From Chiloscyllium plagiosum (taxonomy: Eukaryota): a stretch of 51,412 nt of DNA. How positions within the stretch are numbered: the first letter of the stretch is position 1; each line of letters starts with the position of its first letter. This document shows, one piece after another, positions 46,901-51,412 of this stretch. The DNA lies in contig NC_057728.1 of assembly GCF_004010195.1 (NCBI RefSeq), forward strand, positions 44,254,791 to 44,306,202, given 5' to 3'. Under the pieces are notes generated by a model that saw nothing but the letters and a program-made list of their open reading frames with translations, was not told the DNA's origin and searched no databases. Made by a program: the position numbers and the translations under genes.

Positions 46901-48653
46901 AAGCCAAGTTCCTACCTTGTTTAACAAATGAGCTGCCTTGGAGCACCTGGTTGACATTTTGAGCTCCTGAACTGTACGAAATGAGGCCTGACACAAAGAT
47001 GGTTTGGGCTTGCTCATCATATAATTCAGAACGTGGCTGTCTATCTGATTTATAGTACAGAGAATAAAAAAAACACAATTCATAAATTCCAAATCTTGCT
47101 GACAATCTCTGCTTTTGATACTCTCTAAAGCTGTTTTTCTTCCTCTGGTCACTCCTACTGCAACTAAATATACCTCTGTAAAACAGCATTCCTCCCTCCT
47201 GCTGTCCATCTTGCAGATAGGAAAAGATAGAATAAAAGTATACTATTAGAATACCAGCCATTTCTGAGTTTCTTGCTATTCTAAGATTCAGTACTTAATA
47301 AACTATAAATGCAGTCTGAAAAAGCTGCTCCAAGCAGTTTCCTTTGAATGTAACTGCTGACTTTCCATAATGCTTCAAGATACATCTCCTTGTAGTCTCT
47401 AACACCTTTGTTGATGGTCTGTTGAAATTTTAGGCCTTAATTTCCAATTAGTAGTAATCCGAATGAATCTAATCTTAAAATTGGTGGGCCAGAATTTGAG
47501 ACTCAGAAATGTTACATTAGATTTAAAAATACCCTAAATTCTGCTCAAATAGAGGGTTTTTTGGACACACTCATCAACAGATCCTCCCATTATATAACCA
47601 TTCAATTGTGTGGGACATTGAATCTCGTCTGTGCCATCAGTTTCCACTGGCAGCTTGGGTCATTCCAGGAGGACTGATTTCTGAGGTTGAAGGTATTTTG
47701 TTTCAATATAACTACTTTATATGGATCTTACTCAACATTTGTGAAGTTAAACAACCAGGAGCATATTATTGCAGTCATGATAGGCTGGACAGTTGTTGTT
47801 TCTACTCTGAATTCTGCTTTGCAATGGGCCGTGTTCAGAACAAAGACTTTTTAAAATCCTGCTCCAAGTAGCAATCTGTAAAATTTATGGAGCGTGGATC
47901 AGAATGACTGAATTGCTGAGCAATCAGTTGGCAGCTTTCCGATACTGCATATATTAACAGATGCTGGTATAGCAGCAGTAGAAGCCCATGTGCTGTGCTG
48001 TGCTGTCAACAGCAGTCTATTCGAGCTTATCTGTCCAAATAAACCTGCAAATCAGGTACAAGCAATGCCTCGCCATGCCTACTTCACTTTTTTTGTTTGT
48101 GTTAGTACATCCAGGAGATGTTAGCTGGTGATGAAATTGTAATTAGCTGGGGAAGATCCCCTTTACAATATTAGGCCTTGCAGTTGAAACACTCATTATT
48201 GTGCTTCAGACAACTCAAGGACGTAAGTTCTAACCTGCTGCTTTGGGTCCAAAGGCCATTCTTGGGAATTATCTCTTCTGTTTAACTAAATCAATTCAAT
48301 GCTTTCTTTAGCGTACACACAAAATAAAAAGAGCGTAACATAGGGTAAGACTCATTACTAAATACCAGGATCACAATGCTGCTTTTCCCTCCACAGATTG
48401 AAGTGATGCAAATGGCAAACAGGTGCCTTCTTGCTCACTTCCATGATTGTGACATGTCCAGTTTAAAGTCTGTATAATTCTATTTTCTGCATTTTTATTT
48501 AAGGACTAAAATGGAATAAAAGGACCATTTTAAAACCCAGGACTTTTAAAGAGATTGCGACAATTTTAAAATCAAGTTCGTGAACCTCATTGTGTATGGT
48601 GTTTACAGTGCTGCATTGTTCAAACAAGTGGGGTGCAGGCAATGTTTGCACAC

Positions 48654-48711
48654 AAGCACAGCAGCTCAGGCAGCAGCTGAGGATCAGGAAAATCGATGTT
48701 TCGGGCAAAAC
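48654..48711 (-). mobile_element. Short Penelope pLTR terminal fragment
   Basis: aagcacagcagctcaggcagcagctgaggatcaggaaaatcgatgtttcgggcaaaa; contains only the 3' half of the hammerhead. Confidence 0.7.
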
Positions 48712-48919
48712 TACTTGTAACCTGAAGGTAGCCAGTTATTTTCTTGGATCAGTTGCTGGAAGATGTCGTGTTTAACCAGTAACTCGGAGACTTTGTAGTT
48801 ATTGTACTGATCACCATGTACTTAGTGTAGAAGTGAGATAAGCTGGAGTAAATAGAATGAAGAACAGAAAGTCTTGGCAAGCAGAAAGGAATATCTTAAA
48901 AAACTTAAAAAGAGAAACA

Positions 48920-49352
48920 AATAGAACATAGAACATGGAAAAATGCAGCACAGAACAAGCCCTTAGGCCCACGATGTTGTGCCGAGACTTAATCCTAATG
49001 TAAAATATTAAGTTAACCTACACACCCCTCAACTCACTGCTATCCATGTGCATGTCCAGCAGTCGCTTAAATGTCCCCAATGACTCTGCTTCCACAACCT
49101 CAGCTGGCAACGCATTCCATGCATTCACAACTCTCTGCGTAAAGAACCTACCTCTGATGTCTCCTTTATACCTTCCTCCTAATATCTTCAAACTATGAGT
49201 TCTCGTACCAGTCAATCGGGCCCTGGGAAAAAGACTCTGGCTATTGACTCTATCTATTCCTCTCATTATTTTGTATACCTTGATCAGGTCTCCTCTCTTC
49301 CTCCTTCTCTCCAGAGAGAAAAGTCAGAGCTTATTCAACCTTTCTTCACATA
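48920..49352 (-). mobile_element. CR1 3' fragment
   Basis: Minus ORF MRGIDRVNSQSLFPR...RFFTQRVVNAWNALP and a (ttctatg)n tail at 48920-48936. Confidence 0.93.
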
Positions 49353-49377
49353 ATCAAAACAATAACGGTGGCAATCT

Positions 49378-49525
49378 GGAACCAAATCAGAAATTGCTGG
49401 AGAAACTTAGCAGGCAAACATTTTGGGTCCTGTTCTGAAGAAAGGTCACTTGATCCGAGACATTTTCTGTTTCTTGATTTCTTGCCACAGATGCTACTGG
49501 ACCTTCTCCAGCAATTTCTGTGCTT
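49378..49525. mobile_element. Degenerate Penelope-derived fold-back insertion
   Basis: Inverted cagaaattgctggagaa ... ttctccagcaatttctg with the central gttctgaagaaaggtcacttgatccgagac. Confidence 0.65.
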
Positions 49526-49559
49526 ACTTTAACAAATCAGTGGACTGATGCTATTGAAT

Positions 49560-49887
49560 CATGGGTCCCAGATTTCTTTTCCCATCACATGTTAATTTTT
49601 TTTTGTTTATTTGTGTCTGTGTAGGGATTTTAAAAGGGCGGGGGGGGGTTAGAGTTTTACTCGTAGTATCACATATTGATAGTTATAGCTTTTTACAAGT
49701 GATTAGAAGATACTTATTTATAGTAGACAGTAGTTCCTGTGAAATATAGGAACCTGGTCAGTGTCTTGTGTTAAACTAATTCTAACAGTTTGTAAACCAG
49801 GACTTTGTGTGCTTTGATTAAATCATTGATTTTGTGTAAGCTTGAGAGTAGTGGGGGTTGAGAATCCATGCACTTTGGGTTGTTACA
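49560..49887 (+). mobile_element. Possible Gypsy-type LTR 3' remnant
   Basis: Ends in ...gtagtgggggttga...gggttgttACA, which resembles LTR U5 ends. No partner LTR or TSD was found. Confidence 0.35.
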
Positions 49888-50184
49888 CCCATCTACAGGT
49901 ATAACACAGGGTTCAGATTGGTGTGACTTTAACAACAATTAAAGCTAGCTTGTATTACTTCAAACCAATCTGCCATTCTTAAATGCAAAAGATATTCAGG
50001 AATTAGTAGAATTCAAAATTGCTGTGATTGACTTGCTGTGTAAAAAGGAATGAGCAACAAACCAGAGGGAAGGCCACTGGTGGTCTTAGCGCAGAAGTTG
50101 GAGTAAAGGAAGAAGTCACCGGCTTCACTTCACAAACACCTAAAACCAAATTACCATAAGATGTAGGAGCAGAGGTATGCCATT

Positions 50185-50463
50185 CATTTTTAAATTTATT
50201 AGCTTTATTGTCATATCTACTCAAATGAGTACAATAAAAAATTTACATATTGCCACTTACAGCGCCATCTTAGGGACAGAGTACCTAGGTACAATCCTTA
50301 GTTACAGATTAGAGAAAGTTACATTACAGCTATACACAGTATACCAATAGTTCAGTAAAAAACAAGAGTTAAAAAGACAAACATCGCAGTCTCTCTCCAC
50401 ATGGTCTGATGGCTGGCAGCTGCCACACTTTGCTTCTGGCTGCTGGTTGCTGGCATCCCCACA
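50185..50463 (-). mobile_element. 3' end of a non-autonomous retroelement (Rex/Babar-like tail) adjoining the minisatellite
   Basis: The minus strand has the stem-loop tactca-tt-tgagta (50218-50231) followed by gacAATAAA (50204-50209). It interrupts a CR1 tail fragment at 50152-50185. Confidence 0.5.
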
Positions 50464-51412
50464 CTAGGCTGGTGGTCACTGGTGTCCCCGCTCCTAGCCG
50501 CTGGTCGCTGGTGTCCCTGCTCCAAGCTGGTGGTCGCTTGTGTCCCTGCTCCAGGCTGCTAGTCGCTGGTGTCCCTGCTCCAAGCTGGTGGTCGCTTGTG
50601 TCCCTGCTCCAGGCTGCTAGTCGCTTGTGTCCCTGCTCCAGGCTGGTGGTCACTGGTGTCCCCGCTCCAAGCTGGTGGTCACTGGTGTCCCTGCTCCAGG
50701 CTGGTGGTTGCTCGTGTCCCCGCTCCAGCCAGGCGGGTGGTCGCTTGTGTCCCTGCTCCAGGCTGCTAGTCGCTGGTGTCCCTGCTCCAAGCTGGTGGTC
50801 GCTTGTGTCCCTGCTCCAGGCTGCTAGTCGCTTGTGTCCCTGCTCCAAGCTGGTGGTCACTGGTGTCCCTGCTCCAGGCTGGTGGTTGCTCGTGTCCCCG
50901 CTCCAGGCTTGGTGTCCGTGCTCCAGGCTGGTGGTCACTGGTGTCTCCGCTCCAGGCCGCTGGCCACTGGTGTCCCCGCTCCAGGCTGCTGGTCACTGGT
51001 GTCCCCGCTCCAGGCTGCTGGCCACTGGTGTCCCCGCTCCAGGCTGGTGGTCACTGGTGTCTCCGCTCCAGGCCGCTGGTCACTGGTGTCCCCGCTCCAG
51101 GCTGCTGGTCACTGGTGTTCCCACTCCAGGCTGGTGGTCACTGGTGTCTCCACTCCAGGCCGCTGGTCACTGGTGTCCCCGCTCCAGGCTGCTGGTCACT
51201 GGTGTTCCCACTCCAGGCTGGTGGTCACTGGTGTCTCCACTCCAGGCCGCTGGTCACTGGTGTCCCCGCTCCAGGCTGCTGGTCACTGGTGTTCCCACTC
51301 CAGGCTGGTGGTCACTGGTGTCTCCACTCCAGGCCGCTGGTCACTGGTGTCCCCGCTCCAGGCTGCTGGTCACTGGTGTTCCCACTCCAGGCTGGTGGTC
51401 ACTGGTGTCTCC
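50464..51412. repeat. GC-rich 29-bp minisatellite (about 33 units, runs off the window) with higher-order structure
   Basis: Unit ccaggctggtggtcactggtgtccccgct. An 87-bp trimer repeats from 51068 (51068, 51155, 51242, 51329), and a block is duplicated at 50529 and 50736 (207 bp apart). Confidence 0.97.

Noticed and set aside
46916..47044. Weak resemblance of QTIFVSGLISYSSGAQNVNQVLQG to astrotactin
   Set aside because: Astrotactins are highly conserved and the recalled match is too loose to name a gene.
47486..47546. Tiny inverted repeat cagaattt/aaattctg resembling Harbinger ends
   Set aside because: Only an 8-bp match, so chance cannot be excluded.
50464..51412. CRISPR-like array or repetitive protein ORFs (for example 50369-50938)
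   Set aside because: The units are contiguous with no unique spacers, there are no cas genes and the context is eukaryotic. The ORFs are by-products of a GC-rich repeat.

Overview
This window is vertebrate genomic DNA, almost certainly from a shark or other elasmobranch, judging by the abundant HE1/V-SINEs and HER1-type CR1 LINEs. It is repeat-dense and contains no protein-coding gene I can confidently identify. Contents: many decayed and nested CR1 LINEs (one spanning a 408-N gap), seven HE1 SINEs, other tRNA-derived and Deu-type SINEs, an L2 remnant, Gypsy LTR and gag remnants, decayed PIF/Harbinger elements, a 5'-truncated processed ferritin pseudogene with poly(A) and a TSD, and a 29-bp minisatellite running off the right end. 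The most notable feature is a dense set of Penelope-like (GIY-YIG) remnants and short Penelope-derived fold-back insertions. They belong to at least four sequence families that all carry minimal type I hammerhead ribozyme motifs (CTGANGA-N-stem II-GAAA-palindromic stem III), and most well-preserved copies have 12-15 bp TSDs. Three cDNA arms end exactly at the predicted ribozyme cleavage site, which may be a genomic record of in vivo self-cleavage. A few possible minus-strand exons are reported at low confidence. All family names come from pattern recognition, not database searches.
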